A DNA stretch of 57,037 bases from positions 32,397 through 89,433 of the forward strand of contig QBMO01000002.1 of assembly GCA_003242075.1 (NCBI GenBank), read 5' to 3'. The stretch is from Alphaproteobacteria bacterium (lineage in GTDB: Bacteria > Pseudomonadota > Alphaproteobacteria > Caulobacterales > Aquidulcibacteraceae). Under the pieces are notes generated by a model, which ran no database searches, was not told the origin of the DNA, and saw nothing but the letters and a program-made list of their open reading frames with translations. The position numbers and the translations under genes were made by a program. Position 1 is the stretch's first letter. Each line of letters begins with the position of its first letter. Shown here piece after piece: positions 28,929 to 38,849 of the stretch.

Positions 28929-30668
28929 ATGAGCAAGACATCCTTGTTCGCGCGGCTCTGGCGCGAGTACGTCTCGCGCCATCTGAGCGACCTCGCCGTG
29001 CTTTTGCCGGCGTTGGTGGTCGTGGCGGCGGCAGGCGTGTCCTACGCGCTGATCCTCAAATACACGACCGACGGCGTCACCGCGCGCGACGCCAGCGTGA
29101 TCCTCTGGGCCCCGATCGCCGTGCTGGCGGCAACCGCCGTGCGCGCCGTGGCGCTTTGGGTGCAGGCAGTGGTGTCGCAATCGCTAGCGCTGAAAGTGTT
29201 GCGCGATCTGCAGCGGGCCATGTTCTCGAAACTGATGGACGTCGCCTTCGCCCGCCATGCGCGGGAAGAGCCTGGCCGTCTCGTCTCGCGCTTCACCAAC
29301 GACATCAACATCGTCAGCGAAGCGCTGGTGCGCGGTGGACAGTCGATCATTCGCGATACGTTGACCTTGATCGGCGCGGTCGCCTCGATGCTGTGGCTCG
29401 ATTGGGTGCTGACGCTCGTCGTCGCCGCCGCCTTCGCGCTTGCCGGCGGGCCGCTGCAACAAATCGCCAAGCGCGCGCTGAAGCAGACGCATGTGGCGCA
29501 GGAACAAATGGGCTCGCTCTCGGCGCTGCTGATGGAGACATTCAGCTTCTCGCGCGCGGTCAAAACCTACGGCCTGGAAGAGCGCGAAAAGACACGCGCC
29601 GATGCAGGCTTCGAGGCGCGGCGCAAGATTGCGATGAAGCTGGCCTACAGCCGCGCGCGCACCGTGCCGCTGCTCGAAATCGTCGGCGGGCTGGCGCTGG
29701 CGGGCGTGCTTTGGATTTCCGGCTATCGCATCCTCAACGACCTGATGACGGTCGGCGACCTGATCGGCATGATCGGCGCAGTCGGCGTCGCAACACCAGC
29801 GGCGCGCGCATTGGGCCAAACCAACACGCTGCTCTCGGAAGCCTCCGCAGCGCTCCAGCGCGTGTTCGGCTTGATCGACGAACCGGTGACGATCGTCGAC
29901 AAGCCAGGCGTCAAACCGCTTGCGGTCAGCGAGGGACGGGTGACGTTCGAGAACGTTTCGTTCTCCTACGGCGACGCGCCGGCACTGGACGACGTGAGCT
30001 TTTCGGTTGAGCCCGGCGAGACGGTGGCGTTCGTCGGCCCTTCCGGCGCCGGCAAGTCCACCATCTTCAATCTCCTACCCCGCCTCTACGACGCGACCGC
30101 CGGCCATGTGCGCATCGACGGCCAAGACGTGCGCGAGGTAGAGATCGCATCGGTGCGCGAGGCAATCTCGCTGGTGGCGCAGGAGCCTGCGCTCTTTAAC
30201 GACACTATCCGCGCCAACATCGCGCTTGGCCGCGCCGGCGCCACGCACGCCGAGATCGAGGAAGCCGCCCGCAACGCGGCGGCGCACGATTTCATCACCG
30301 AACTGCCGAACGGCTACGACACCAATGTCGGTGATCGCGGCGCCAACCTCTCCGGCGGCGAACGTCAGCGCGTGGCGCTTGCGCGCGCGTTCTTGCGCGA
30401 TGCGCCGATCCTGCTGCTCGACGAAGCCACCAGCGCACTCGACGCCGAGAGCGAGGCCAAGGTGCAAGATGCTCTGGCGCGGCTCTCGAAAGGCCGCACC
30501 GTGCTCGTCATCGCGCATCGCCTCGCGACCGTGCGCGACGCCGACCGCATCATCACACTGGAAGACGGCCGCATCGCCGAAACCGGCACGCATGAGCAAC
30601 TCGTCGCACGCGGCGGGCTCTATGCGCGCTTGAGCCGACTGCAGTTCCGGCCCGAAGCGGCTGAGTAG
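28929..30668 (+). CDS. msbA: Lipid A export ABC transporter, MsbA-like
   Basis: SRFTND, GPSGAGKS and LSGGERQR; lies near lipid A genes. Confidence 0.82.
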   Translation: MSKTSLFARLWREYVSRHLSDLAVLLPALVVVAAAGVSYALILKYTTDGVTARDASVILWAPIAVLAATAVRAVALWVQAVVSQSLALKVLRDLQRAMFSKLMDVAFARHAREEPGRLVSRFTNDINIVSEALVRGGQSIIRDTLTLIGAVASMLWLDWVLTLVVAAAFALAGGPLQQIAKRALKQTHVAQEQMGSLSALLMETFSFSRAVKTYGLEEREKTRADAGFEARRKIAMKLAYSRARTVPLLEIVGGLALAGVLWISGYRILNDLMTVGDLIGMIGAVGVATPAARALGQTNTLLSEASAALQRVFGLIDEPVTIVDKPGVKPLAVSEGRVTFENVSFSYGDAPALDDVSFSVEPGETVAFVGPSGAGKSTIFNLLPRLYDATAGHVRIDGQDVREVEIASVREAISLVAQEPALFNDTIRANIALGRAGATHAEIEEAARNAAAHDFITELPNGYDTNVGDRGANLSGGERQRVALARAFLRDAPILLLDEATSALDAESEAKVQDALARLSKGRTVLVIAHRLATVRDADRIITLEDGRIAETGTHEQLVARGGLYARLSRLQFRPEAAE

Positions 30669-30681
30669 TTTGCGTCAAAAC

Positions 30682-30706
30682 GGAACAGAGCACGGCGCTT
30701 GGTGTT
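30682..30706 (+). promoter_or_regulatory. Candidate EcfG/sigmaT general-stress promoter
   Basis: GGAAC-N17-GTT about 40 nt upstream of the UrcA ATG. Confidence 0.5.
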
Positions 30707-30746
30707 GGTGCGTGCAAAGGGCGGGGACTTTGCTCAGGAGTTCCCA

Positions 30747-31112
30747 ATGCAACGTTCAATGACTTTCGTATGCGCTTCGGCGCTGATGCTTGCCTTCGCC
30801 GCGCCGTCGTTTGCGCAGAGCTCACAAAATCGCGTCGTCGAGTACGGCGATGTCGATGCCTACAGCCAGCGCGGCGCTGAGACGATTCTGAACCGCGTCG
30901 AACACGCGTCCGAACAAATCTGCGGTGATCGCCCCGGCCCGATGCCGATCCCAGAGCGCCAAGGCGTCGCCGCTTGCACGTATGAGACGATGGATATCGC
31001 TGTCGCCGACATCAACAACCCCGCCGTCACCGCGCGCTATTACGGTTATGACCCGCAAGTCATCGTCGAGGATCCGGGCGACGCCTACCTGAGCCCGAAG
31101 GGCAACTACTAA
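30747..31112 (+). CDS. UrcA family secreted protein
   Basis: Signal peptide; VEYGDVD....GAETILNRVEHASEQIC...C pattern; SD CAGGAG. Confidence 0.85.
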   Translation: MQRSMTFVCASALMLAFAAPSFAQSSQNRVVEYGDVDAYSQRGAETILNRVEHASEQICGDRPGPMPIPERQGVAACTYETMDIAVADINNPAVTARYYGYDPQVIVEDPGDAYLSPKGNY

Positions 31113-31137
31113 GCCGACATGAGTTGAATTGAACGAC

Positions 31138-31168
31138 TGGAGGCGGTCCTCGCAAGGGGTCGCCTCTA
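31138..31168. terminator. Hairpin between convergent genes (probable terminator)
   Basis: GGAGGCGGTCCTC-GCAA-GGGGTCGCCTCT; weak U tract. Confidence 0.6.
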
Positions 31169-33043
31169 TTCGTCCAGCACCGCGCGCACCTTCTTCGCCA
31201 AATCGTTCAACGAGTACGGCTTCAACAGCAGCCGCGCATCCGCATCGAGCACGCCGTTATGGACGATGGCGTTCTGCGTGTAGCCGGTGGTGTAAAGCAC
31301 CTTAAGCGCCGGATAGCGCGTGCGCGCTTCATCAGCGAGCACCTTGCCGGTCATCTCCGGCATTACGACATCGGTGAACAGCAGCGCCACGCCCGGATTG
31401 GCCTCCAGCACTTTCAACGCCGCCGGCCCGCTAGAGGCGTGCAGCACCGTGTAGCCCAAATCGCGCAATGACGCGACGCTGAGCGAGCGCACGCGCTCTT
31501 CGTCCTCGACCACGAGAATGATCGTCCCTGGATCGCCGCTCACATCGGTCGTCACTGGGGCGCGTTCGTCCTCGGCGCTCAATTCGAGTTGGGTGCGCGC
31601 CAGATAGAGCTTCACCGTCGTGCCAACGCCGAGCTCGGAATAAATCGCCGCGTGCCCGCCGCTTTGCTTGAGGAAACCGTGCACCTGGCTCAAACCGAGG
31701 CCGGTGCCGCGGCCGACATCCTTCGTCGTGAAGAACGGCTCGAACGCCTTGTCGCGCACCTCTGGGCTCATGCCGGCGCCGGTGTCAGTAATCGCGATCA
31801 TGACGTATTGGCCAGCGCTCACCTCAAGGTTCGACGCGGCGTAGGCTTCGTCGAGATGCGCATTGCCGGATTCGATCGTGAGCTTGCCACCGTCGGGCAT
31901 CGCATCGCGGGCGTTGACGCAGATATTGAGGATCGCCTGTTCGAGCTCTTGGCGATCTACATTCACGCGCCATAGGCCGCCAGCGACCACAGTTTCCAGC
32001 ACGATCTGCTCGCCCAGCGTCCGGCGCAGCATCTCGGACATGTCGCCGAGCACGCGGTTGATGTCGAGCACGGTGGGGCTGAGCGGCTGGCGGCGCGCGA
32101 ACGCGAGCAAACGGCTGGTCAGCGATGCGGCGCGGCGGGCGCCATCGACGGCGGCGTCAATGAAGCCTTCCGCCCCCGGCTCGCCACGATCCATGCGCCG
32201 GCGCGCCAGCTGCAGCGCCGACATGATGACGGCCAGCATATTGTTGAAGTCGTGCGCAACGCCACCGGTGATCTGGCCGATCGCCTCCATCTTCTGCATC
32301 TGACGGACTTTATCTTCCGCCTGCTCGCGCGCGTGCAGCGCATCGACCGCCATGTGCTGCGCCTCGAGCGCGCTGTCACGCGACGCCCGCAGGTCCCTCA
32401 TCGCGCCGCGAACCGTCGCCACCAAGAGCGCGCCAATGCCGATGAGCAGGAGGCCGGCGAACAAGATCACCCAGCGCAGCCGCTCGCCCGCCCGGTCGCT
32501 CGCGGTCAATGCGGCTTCGAGGGCTTGCGTCTCATGCTCGTTCGCTGCGTTCACGATGGCGCGGATGCCGTCCATCGTTTCCTTGCCTTGGTCGGACGCG
32601 ACAATCTGCAAGGCGCGACGGCGTTCGCCGCGATCTTGCAGCGTGATGGTTTCTTCCAACTCTCGAAACTTGGCCGTGATCAATTCTTCCAGACGCTCGA
32701 CATGCTGCGGCGCCTCCGAATTGGCGTCGGCGTCCGCCCGGAGTGCGCGGAGCTCGCTGAGAGCATCGTCAAGCGCACCTTGGATCGGCTCCAGATAGCG
32801 CGGATCATTGGTCAGCAAATAGCCGCGCTGGGCGGTCTCAGAATCGGTAACGCGCTGCAGCAGGATGCGGTAATGGCTGCGTCGCTCGGATGACTCGCGC
32901 ACTTGCTCGCCAAGCGCCTCGGTGGCGCTGCTTTGCCAAAGCGCTGCGCCAACCGTGAGGAGCAGCAAAAGCAATGCAGTGGTGAGCGCGACGACGTAGG
33001 TCGTCGCAGCCGGAAGACGGCGTCCTAGCACCTTTACCGTCAT
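31166..33043 (-). CDS. CHASE3 hybrid sensor histidine kinase with receiver domain
   Basis: DSETAQRGYLLT (CHASE3), GGVAHDFNN, NARDAMP, EPFFTTK, GTGLGL; receiver FTDVVMP. Confidence 0.95.
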   Translation of the reverse strand: MTVKVLGRRLPAATTYVVALTTALLLLLLTVGAALWQSSATEALGEQVRESSERRSHYRILLQRVTDSETAQRGYLLTNDPRYLEPIQGALDDALSELRALRADADANSEAPQHVERLEELITAKFRELEETITLQDRGERRRALQIVASDQGKETMDGIRAIVNAANEHETQALEAALTASDRAGERLRWVILFAGLLLIGIGALLVATVRGAMRDLRASRDSALEAQHMAVDALHAREQAEDKVRQMQKMEAIGQITGGVAHDFNNMLAVIMSALQLARRRMDRGEPGAEGFIDAAVDGARRAASLTSRLLAFARRQPLSPTVLDINRVLGDMSEMLRRTLGEQIVLETVVAGGLWRVNVDRQELEQAILNICVNARDAMPDGGKLTIESGNAHLDEAYAASNLEVSAGQYVMIAITDTGAGMSPEVRDKAFEPFFTTKDVGRGTGLGLSQVHGFLKQSGGHAAIYSELGVGTTVKLYLARTQLELSAEDERAPVTTDVSGDPGTIILVVEDEERVRSLSVASLRDLGYTVLHASSGPAALKVLEANPGVALLFTDVVMPEMTGKVLADEARTRYPALKVLYTTGYTQNAIVHNGVLDADARLLLKPYSLNDLAKKVRAVLDE

Positions 33044-33105
33044 TCCGTTCTGCCCGCCGCCGTCTCGATGAGTGCCTTATCTCCGACGCGGCGCGCTCTC
33101 GCAAC

Positions 33106-33780
33106 TCATTCGCGCTGCAGGAGCGCATCAAGCGGGATGTTCGCCGAGAGCTTGCGCGAGAATGCCTTCTTAATCGCCTTTGGATCGGTTCCCTCGACCC
33201 ACTCCAAAAACGTTCTGCCGTTTGCCTCGGCAAGGTAACGCTCGAAGAAATAGTCGATGACGCCCGTCTTGCCGTGGCGCACGTGCAAGTACTTTAAGCC
33301 CAGTTGCTCAACCGCTTCGGCGATGGGCACGCCCATTTTCAAATGTTTGTAGAGCACCGCCATGGCGCCAGCGCGATCCGCGCCAGACTTGCAATGCATC
33401 AGCGCCGGATACTCAATTGTCTCAAACAGCGCCTTTGCCTGCTTCACCTGCGCGAAGCTCGGCGCCTCGCGCGAGAACATGCGCACGTCGATCATTTCGA
33501 TGCCGTGCCGTTGGCAAGCTTCACGCTCAAGCGCGTAGTAACCAGTGTCGGAGGGCCCGCGCAGATTGAGGATCGTCTTGAACCCAAGCGCCGCGTAGCG
33601 CGCCACCTGCTCCGGCGAGGGCTGGTTGGCGCGCGCCATCACGCCCGGCTCGATCCAGTGAAAGTTCGAAAACCGCGCCCGCAAGAAGCCGTGGTCGCCC
33701 CAGATCAGGTCGCGCTCGGCCCGGCGGCGCCCTTCGGGCGTGCTCAGATCGAAGCGTGCGGACTTATCCGGGGGAGTCAT
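33106..33780 (-). CDS. ctpA: Tyrosine/dual-specificity phosphatase family protein, probable CtpA ortholog
   Basis: HCKSGADR P-loop, RANQP and ILNLRG; divergent from lpxJ-waaA-lpxK as in Caulobacter. Confidence 0.75.
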   Translation of the reverse strand: MTPPDKSARFDLSTPEGRRRAERDLIWGDHGFLRARFSNFHWIEPGVMARANQPSPEQVARYAALGFKTILNLRGPSDTGYYALEREACQRHGIEMIDVRMFSREAPSFAQVKQAKALFETIEYPALMHCKSGADRAGAMAVLYKHLKMGVPIAEAVEQLGLKYLHVRHGKTGVIDYFFERYLAEANGRTFLEWVEGTDPKAIKKAFSRKLSANIPLDALLQRE

Positions 33781-33873
33781 GGTTTTCCTGGGTGCGAGGT
33801 TCTGGTGCGAAGCAGGCGCGGCCCCGTATAAGGGCGCCGAGGCCCGCCCGGAAGGCGCGGCCCCAGCGGACCC

Positions 33874-34644
33874 ATGAAGAGCCTCCTCGGAAACCCCCTT
33901 ATTCAGCTTGTGATCGGCCGCCTGATTGGCGGCTACATGCTGTTTGTCGGGATCACGACGCGTTGGCGCCACGTCAACCGCGAGGTCATGGAGCCGTTCT
34001 GGCGCCCGGACGGGGGCAAATTGATCGGGTGTATCTGGCATGGGCGCTTTTCGCTGGTCCACAAGATGTGGGCCTTCGGACCAGGCGTGCCAAAAGCCAA
34101 AATGCTGATCTCGCAGTCCCGCGAGGGCGGCATCGTGGCGCACACTTCGCGCACGGTCGGCGCTGAAGTGATCCGCGGCTCGGCCGCGAAAGCTGGCCGG
34201 CGCAGCAAGGGCGGCGTCGAAGCCATGCTCTCCATGGCGCGGCACATCGAAGGCGGCGGCGTCATCGCCATGACGCCGGACGGCCCGCGCGGGCCGCGGA
34301 TGCGGGTCAAGCGCGGCGCCATTCTGCTGGCGAAGATCGCCGAGGCGCCGCTGGTGGCGGTGACATGGGCGACGTCCAACCGGATCGTGTTCAAGAAGAG
34401 CTGGGACCATTTCGTGCTGCCGCTGCCTTTTGGACGCGGCGCGCTGATCTGGGGCAATCCAATCGCCCCGCCCTCGCCCGATGCGGACGAGGAGGAGATC
34501 GAGGCCGTGCGGCTGGCGCTCGAAGCCGAGATGAACCGCATCGCCGCTGAAGCCGACAGGCTCGCGGGCGTGGCCGTGATCGAGCCGGCGGCGAAGAACG
34601 GCATGACGCTCTCCGCGCCGGAAGAAGCGGCGAACGCAAAGTGA
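33874..34644 (+). CDS. lpxJ: DUF374 acyltransferase (LpxJ-like lipid A secondary acyltransferase)
   Basis: IWHGR, SQSREG, IRGS, TPDGPRGP, SWDHFVLPLPF; directly upstream of waaA. Confidence 0.82.
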   Translation: MKSLLGNPLIQLVIGRLIGGYMLFVGITTRWRHVNREVMEPFWRPDGGKLIGCIWHGRFSLVHKMWAFGPGVPKAKMLISQSREGGIVAHTSRTVGAEVIRGSAAKAGRRSKGGVEAMLSMARHIEGGGVIAMTPDGPRGPRMRVKRGAILLAKIAEAPLVAVTWATSNRIVFKKSWDHFVLPLPFGRGALIWGNPIAPPSPDADEEEIEAVRLALEAEMNRIAAEADRLAGVAVIEPAAKNGMTLSAPEEAANAK

Positions 34645-35936
34645 GCGGCTCGCCGGCCTTGTTCCTGTATGGCGCGGCGACAGAGCTTGCCGGGCCGTTC
34701 GCGAGCCTGTGGCTAGGCGTGCGCGCGCGCAACGGCAAAGAAGACCGTGCGCGCATCGGCGAGCGCTACGGCCGCTACACGAGAGAACGGCCCGCCGGCA
34801 CGCTGATTTGGCTGCACGCAGCCAGTGTCGGCGAGAGCGGCGTGGCGCTGGCGCTGATAGAGGCGCTGGCGGCGCGCGACGCCACGCTCTCCTTTCTCAT
34901 CAGCACAGGCACCCGCACTTCCGCCGATCTGATTGCGCAGCGTACGCCAGCACGGACGACCCACGTCTATGTGCCGCTCGATCGCCGTGACACGGTGCGG
35001 CGCTTCCTCGCGCACTGGCGGCCTGATCTTGCGGTGTTTGTCGAAAGCGAACTCTGGCCGAACCTTATCCTGCAAACGGAAGCGAGGGGCGTGCCGCTGA
35101 CACTGGTGAACGCGCGCATGAGCCCACGCTCGCTGCGGCGCTGGGAGAGCTGGTCCAAGGCGGGCAAGCGATTGAGCAAGGCGTTCGCCTGGGTGTCCGC
35201 CGCCGACCAGCGCACCGCCGCCGTGCTTTCGCGCCTGCGCGCAACACCGGTGGCGACGCTTGGCAATCTGAAGCTCGCACTCGCGCCGCCGCGCGTGGAC
35301 GCAGGCGCTCGCACGGCATTGGCGCAGGAGATCGGCGCACGGCGCGTGTGGCTCGCGGCGTCGACGCATCCGGGCGAAGACGAGATCATGCTGGCGGCGC
35401 ACGCGGCGCTTCGGGCGGAATTTGCAGACGCGTTGCTGATCATCGCGCCGCGCCATCCTGAACGCGGCGCAGCGGTTGCAGCCCTTGCCGGCGGCGCGCC
35501 GCGTCGGTCGCGGTTCGAGCCGGTTGGCGCGGCACCGGTCTATGTCGCCGATACGCTGGGCGAGTTGGGGCTGTTTTACGATCTCGCGCCCTGCACTTTG
35601 ATCGCGGGCAGCATGCTGGCGCATCTGAAGGGCCATAACCCGGTCGAACCGGCGAGACTGGGCTGCGCTATTGTAAGCGGGCCGAATGTCGAGAGCTTTC
35701 AGGACTTGTTTGACACGCTGGTCGCAGCCGGCGGCGTGACGCTGGCTGCCAACGCGGAAGCGCTCGCATCAGCAATCGCCGCGCTGTGGCGCGATGAAGC
35801 CGCGCGCGCCGCGCAAGCCGAAGCCGCGCGCGCTGTGATCGACCAAGGCGCTGCGGCGATGGACACAACGGTCGCGCAAATTCTGGCGCTGCTGCCGGCC
35901 CGTGCTGAACCGAGAGCCGCCAATGCGTCCGCCTGA
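34641..35936 (+). CDS. waaA: Kdo transferase
   Basis: WLHAASVGE, ESELWPN, AASTHPGE, APRHPER, DTLGEL and GHNPVEP. Confidence 0.96.
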   Translation: MSGSPALFLYGAATELAGPFASLWLGVRARNGKEDRARIGERYGRYTRERPAGTLIWLHAASVGESGVALALIEALAARDATLSFLISTGTRTSADLIAQRTPARTTHVYVPLDRRDTVRRFLAHWRPDLAVFVESELWPNLILQTEARGVPLTLVNARMSPRSLRRWESWSKAGKRLSKAFAWVSAADQRTAAVLSRLRATPVATLGNLKLALAPPRVDAGARTALAQEIGARRVWLAASTHPGEDEIMLAAHAALRAEFADALLIIAPRHPERGAAVAALAGGAPRRSRFEPVGAAPVYVADTLGELGLFYDLAPCTLIAGSMLAHLKGHNPVEPARLGCAIVSGPNVESFQDLFDTLVAAGGVTLAANAEALASAIAALWRDEAARAAQAEAARAVIDQGAAAMDTTVAQILALLPARAEPRAANASA

Positions 35937-36927
35937 GTTCTGGCGCGCTGACGTCAGCGGTCGCGATGCGGCGCTGGCGATCCGGGCGCTGCTGACGCCG
36001 GTTTCGTGGGTCTATGCCTGGGCGACGGCGCGACGGATCGAGACGACGATCTCGCGCCACGTGAGCGTGCCGGTGATCTGCGTCGGCAATTTCACCGTCG
36101 GCGGCGCCGGCAAAACACCGATCACACGCACACTGCGCGCCAAGCTCGGACCACATGCGCACACCTTGTCACGCGGCTATGGCGGGCGCATCGCCGGTCC
36201 ACTTCGGGTCACCACCGACATGCAGGCGAGCGAAGGGGGTGACGAGCCGCTGCTGCACGCCGCCGATGGCCCCGCCTGGATCGCGCGCGACAGATTTGCC
36301 GGCGCGCAAGCGGCGGCGCAGGCGGGCGCTCATGTCATCATCATGGATGACGGCTTCCAGAACCCGACTTTGGGCAAGGACCTCTCGCTCGTCGCCGTCG
36401 ATGCGGGCTTCGGCGTCGGCAATGGCGCGGTGTTTCCGGCCGGCCCGTTACGCGAACGGCTGAGCGATGGGCTAAAGCGCGCCGACGCCATCATCATCAT
36501 GCACGCCTCTGGCGAGACGGCGACGGAGCGGATGTGGCTCGCCGGGTTCACCAAGCCGATCCTGCACGCCCATCTCGCGCCCGTTGGCGAGATTCCGCGC
36601 GGCAAGCTGGTGGCGTTCGCTGGTTTGGCGCGGCCGGAGAAGTTCTTCGACACGCTGACCGATCTCGGCGCCGACCTGGAAGACGCCATCCCATTCGCCG
36701 ACCACCACCCCTATTCCGCCGATGACCTATCGCTGCTCGCTCAACTGGCCGAAGAACGCGGCGGACAACTCATCACCACCGAGAAAGACGCGGCCCGGCT
36801 CTCGCCCGAATGGCGCGCACGCGTCGCAGTTCTGCCCGTCACAGCCAAGTTCGACGATGAGGCGGCGCTCGACGCCTTGCTCGCGCCGATCCAATCGCGG
36901 ATGAGAGCGACGCATGGCGAAGCCTAA
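35923..36927 (+). CDS. lpxK: Tetraacyldisaccharide 4'-kinase
   Basis: VGNFTVGGAGKTP, SRGYGG, GDEP, DDGFQ, PAGPLRE and TTEKD. Confidence 0.97.
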   Translation: MRPPEFWRADVSGRDAALAIRALLTPVSWVYAWATARRIETTISRHVSVPVICVGNFTVGGAGKTPITRTLRAKLGPHAHTLSRGYGGRIAGPLRVTTDMQASEGGDEPLLHAADGPAWIARDRFAGAQAAAQAGAHVIIMDDGFQNPTLGKDLSLVAVDAGFGVGNGAVFPAGPLRERLSDGLKRADAIIIMHASGETATERMWLAGFTKPILHAHLAPVGEIPRGKLVAFAGLARPEKFFDTLTDLGADLEDAIPFADHHPYSADDLSLLAQLAEERGGQLITTEKDAARLSPEWRARVAVLPVTAKFDDEAALDALLAPIQSRMRATHGEA

Positions 36928-37828
36928 ACCGCTCAATCTTCAGTTCCGCCTCGAGGCGCTTGCCTGGAACATCTATGTCGGCGGGCTCGGCGCGCTGGGC
37001 CTGGAGCGCGCATCGCGCTGGGGCGCTGGCATCGTGCCGGTCGTCGCGCCAACGTCGAGCGCCTGGAAGACCGCCATCCGCAACATCCGCATGTCGTTCC
37101 CGAACGAGAGCGACGCGTGGCATCGCGACGTGCGCAAAGAGAGCTTCCGCGAACTCGGCCGCATGACCGGCGAATTCGCGCACATGCCCACCTTCCTCGA
37201 ACGCTACAAAAGCGGCGAACTCGAATTCAAAGGCAAAGAGATTGTCGAAGCCACGATCGGCAAAGGCGCCGTCTTCATCGGCGGCCATTTCAGCGATTGG
37301 GAAATCACCTCGCTCTGCCTCGCACAGGTCGATCCGACCTGTCACTTCACCTACCGCCCCGCCAACAATCCGATCATCGACAAATACATCATCGAAACCC
37401 GCGCCGCCTTCGGCCTCGCGCTGCAAGCGGCGAAAGGTCAGGAGGGCGGCATGGGCTTGCTGCGCTCGTTGAAGAAGAAGCGCTCGATCGCGGTGATGAA
37501 CGATCAGAAGTACAATAAGGGCCTCGCGGTGCCGTTCTTCGGCTACGACTGCATGACGGCGGACGGGCCCACGCGGCTTGCGCTCAAGTTCGGCGTGCCG
37601 CTCATTCCGATCACTGGCCGTAGACTCGAAGGCACGCAATTCGTCGCCACCGCCTACCCGGCGATCCCGCTCGATTATGCCAAGCCCGACGATCCGCAGA
37701 CCGTCTATGACGGCGTCAAGCGCATCAACGAATTCATGGAAGCGCGCGTGCGCGAGGCGCCGGGCCAATGGTTCTGGCCGCACCGGCGCTGGCCGAAAGA
37801 AGCCTGGCGCAAAGCTGGCGTGATGTAG
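36914..37828 (+). CDS. Lipid A acyltransferase (LpxL/HtrB family)
   Basis: GHFSDWE, YRPANNP, NDQ..G..VPFFG and PGQWFWPHRRW. Confidence 0.92.
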   Translation: MAKPKPLNLQFRLEALAWNIYVGGLGALGLERASRWGAGIVPVVAPTSSAWKTAIRNIRMSFPNESDAWHRDVRKESFRELGRMTGEFAHMPTFLERYKSGELEFKGKEIVEATIGKGAVFIGGHFSDWEITSLCLAQVDPTCHFTYRPANNPIIDKYIIETRAAFGLALQAAKGQEGGMGLLRSLKKKRSIAVMNDQKYNKGLAVPFFGYDCMTADGPTRLALKFGVPLIPITGRRLEGTQFVATAYPAIPLDYAKPDDPQTVYDGVKRINEFMEARVREAPGQWFWPHRRWPKEAWRKAGVM

Positions 37829-37884
37829 CCGTTTGGCCTTGACCACGACTGGCCCTGCGTTTGAGGTGCTATCGGGGGTGGATA

Positions 37885-38361
37885 ATGAAATGGCTGCCGC
37901 AACACCGCTTCGAGATCGTCTCGCCGCTTGATCGCACCGCCGCGCTCGCGGCGATGGCGGCGCATGTCGAGCCAGAGAAGTTTTTCCGCATGGGCTGGCC
38001 GAGCAGCGCCAACGATAAGCGCTTTGAAGGCCAGGTGACGAGCGACGGGTTTCACGTCCGCCGCGTCATCGGCTATCGCAACTCGTTCCTGCCGGTCATC
38101 GACGCAACGGTGCAGAGCGCCGGGCGCGGCAGCCGCATCGATGTGCGCATGCGCATGTTCTGGTTCGTCTACGCCTTCGTCGCGGTGTGGATCATGGGTG
38201 CGCTGATCGCGGCAGTGAGCGCCGGCTGGATCGGCGTTGGCATCGCGCTCTTCCTGCTGCTCTTCGTCTATGCCATGACGATGGCCGGTTTCTGGATGGA
38301 AGCGGGCAAGCAAGAACGAACCTTGCGGACGATCTTCCAGGCAAACGGGGATGCACCATGA
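37885..38361 (+). CDS. Hypothetical membrane protein
   Basis: Soluble N-terminus plus two C-terminal TMs; ATGA coupling to the next gene. Confidence 0.8.
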   Translation: MKWLPQHRFEIVSPLDRTAALAAMAAHVEPEKFFRMGWPSSANDKRFEGQVTSDGFHVRRVIGYRNSFLPVIDATVQSAGRGSRIDVRMRMFWFVYAFVAVWIMGALIAAVSAGWIGVGIALFLLLFVYAMTMAGFWMEAGKQERTLRTIFQANGDAP

Positions 38362-38849
38362 TGCGGGTAGCGGGAACTTTCGCGGCGCTACTCACGCTCA
38401 GCGCCTGCGCCACCATGGAGCGCGTGCTGCCACAGGACGAGCCGCGCATCGACGCCACATTGGAGGCGATCCAGAACGCGCGTGTCCGCGAATGCCCGCC
38501 AGGCCGCAGGCTGGAGAATGCGCGCATCGGCAGCGACAATGAATCGCGCGGCGTCACCGGCGACGAGATCGCGTTGGTGCCTCTGGCCAGCGATCCGCAA
38601 CGCGGCGTGCGCTTACGCCGGCTCACCATCGCGCCAGGCGGCGCCATCGCTTGGCACGCCCACGATGTGAACCAGGGCATGGCCCTCATCGTCTCGGGCG
38701 AGATGGTCGAGTTCCGCAATTCCTGTATGGACGAAATTCGCTACCGCGCCGGCGACGTCGCCCGCGAAGACGCCGACACGGCGCACGGCTGGCGCAATGA
38801 AAGCAACGAGCCGGCTGTGCTGCTGGTGATGCAGGTGGTGGCGCGCTAG
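38358..38849 (+). CDS. Cupin domain lipoprotein
   Basis: Lipobox LSAC; PGGAIAWHAH..IVSGEMVE..AGD..E....HGWRN. Confidence 0.88.
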   Translation: MMRVAGTFAALLTLSACATMERVLPQDEPRIDATLEAIQNARVRECPPGRRLENARIGSDNESRGVTGDEIALVPLASDPQRGVRLRRLTIAPGGAIAWHAHDVNQGMALIVSGEMVEFRNSCMDEIRYRAGDVAREDADTAHGWRNESNEPAVLLVMQVVAR

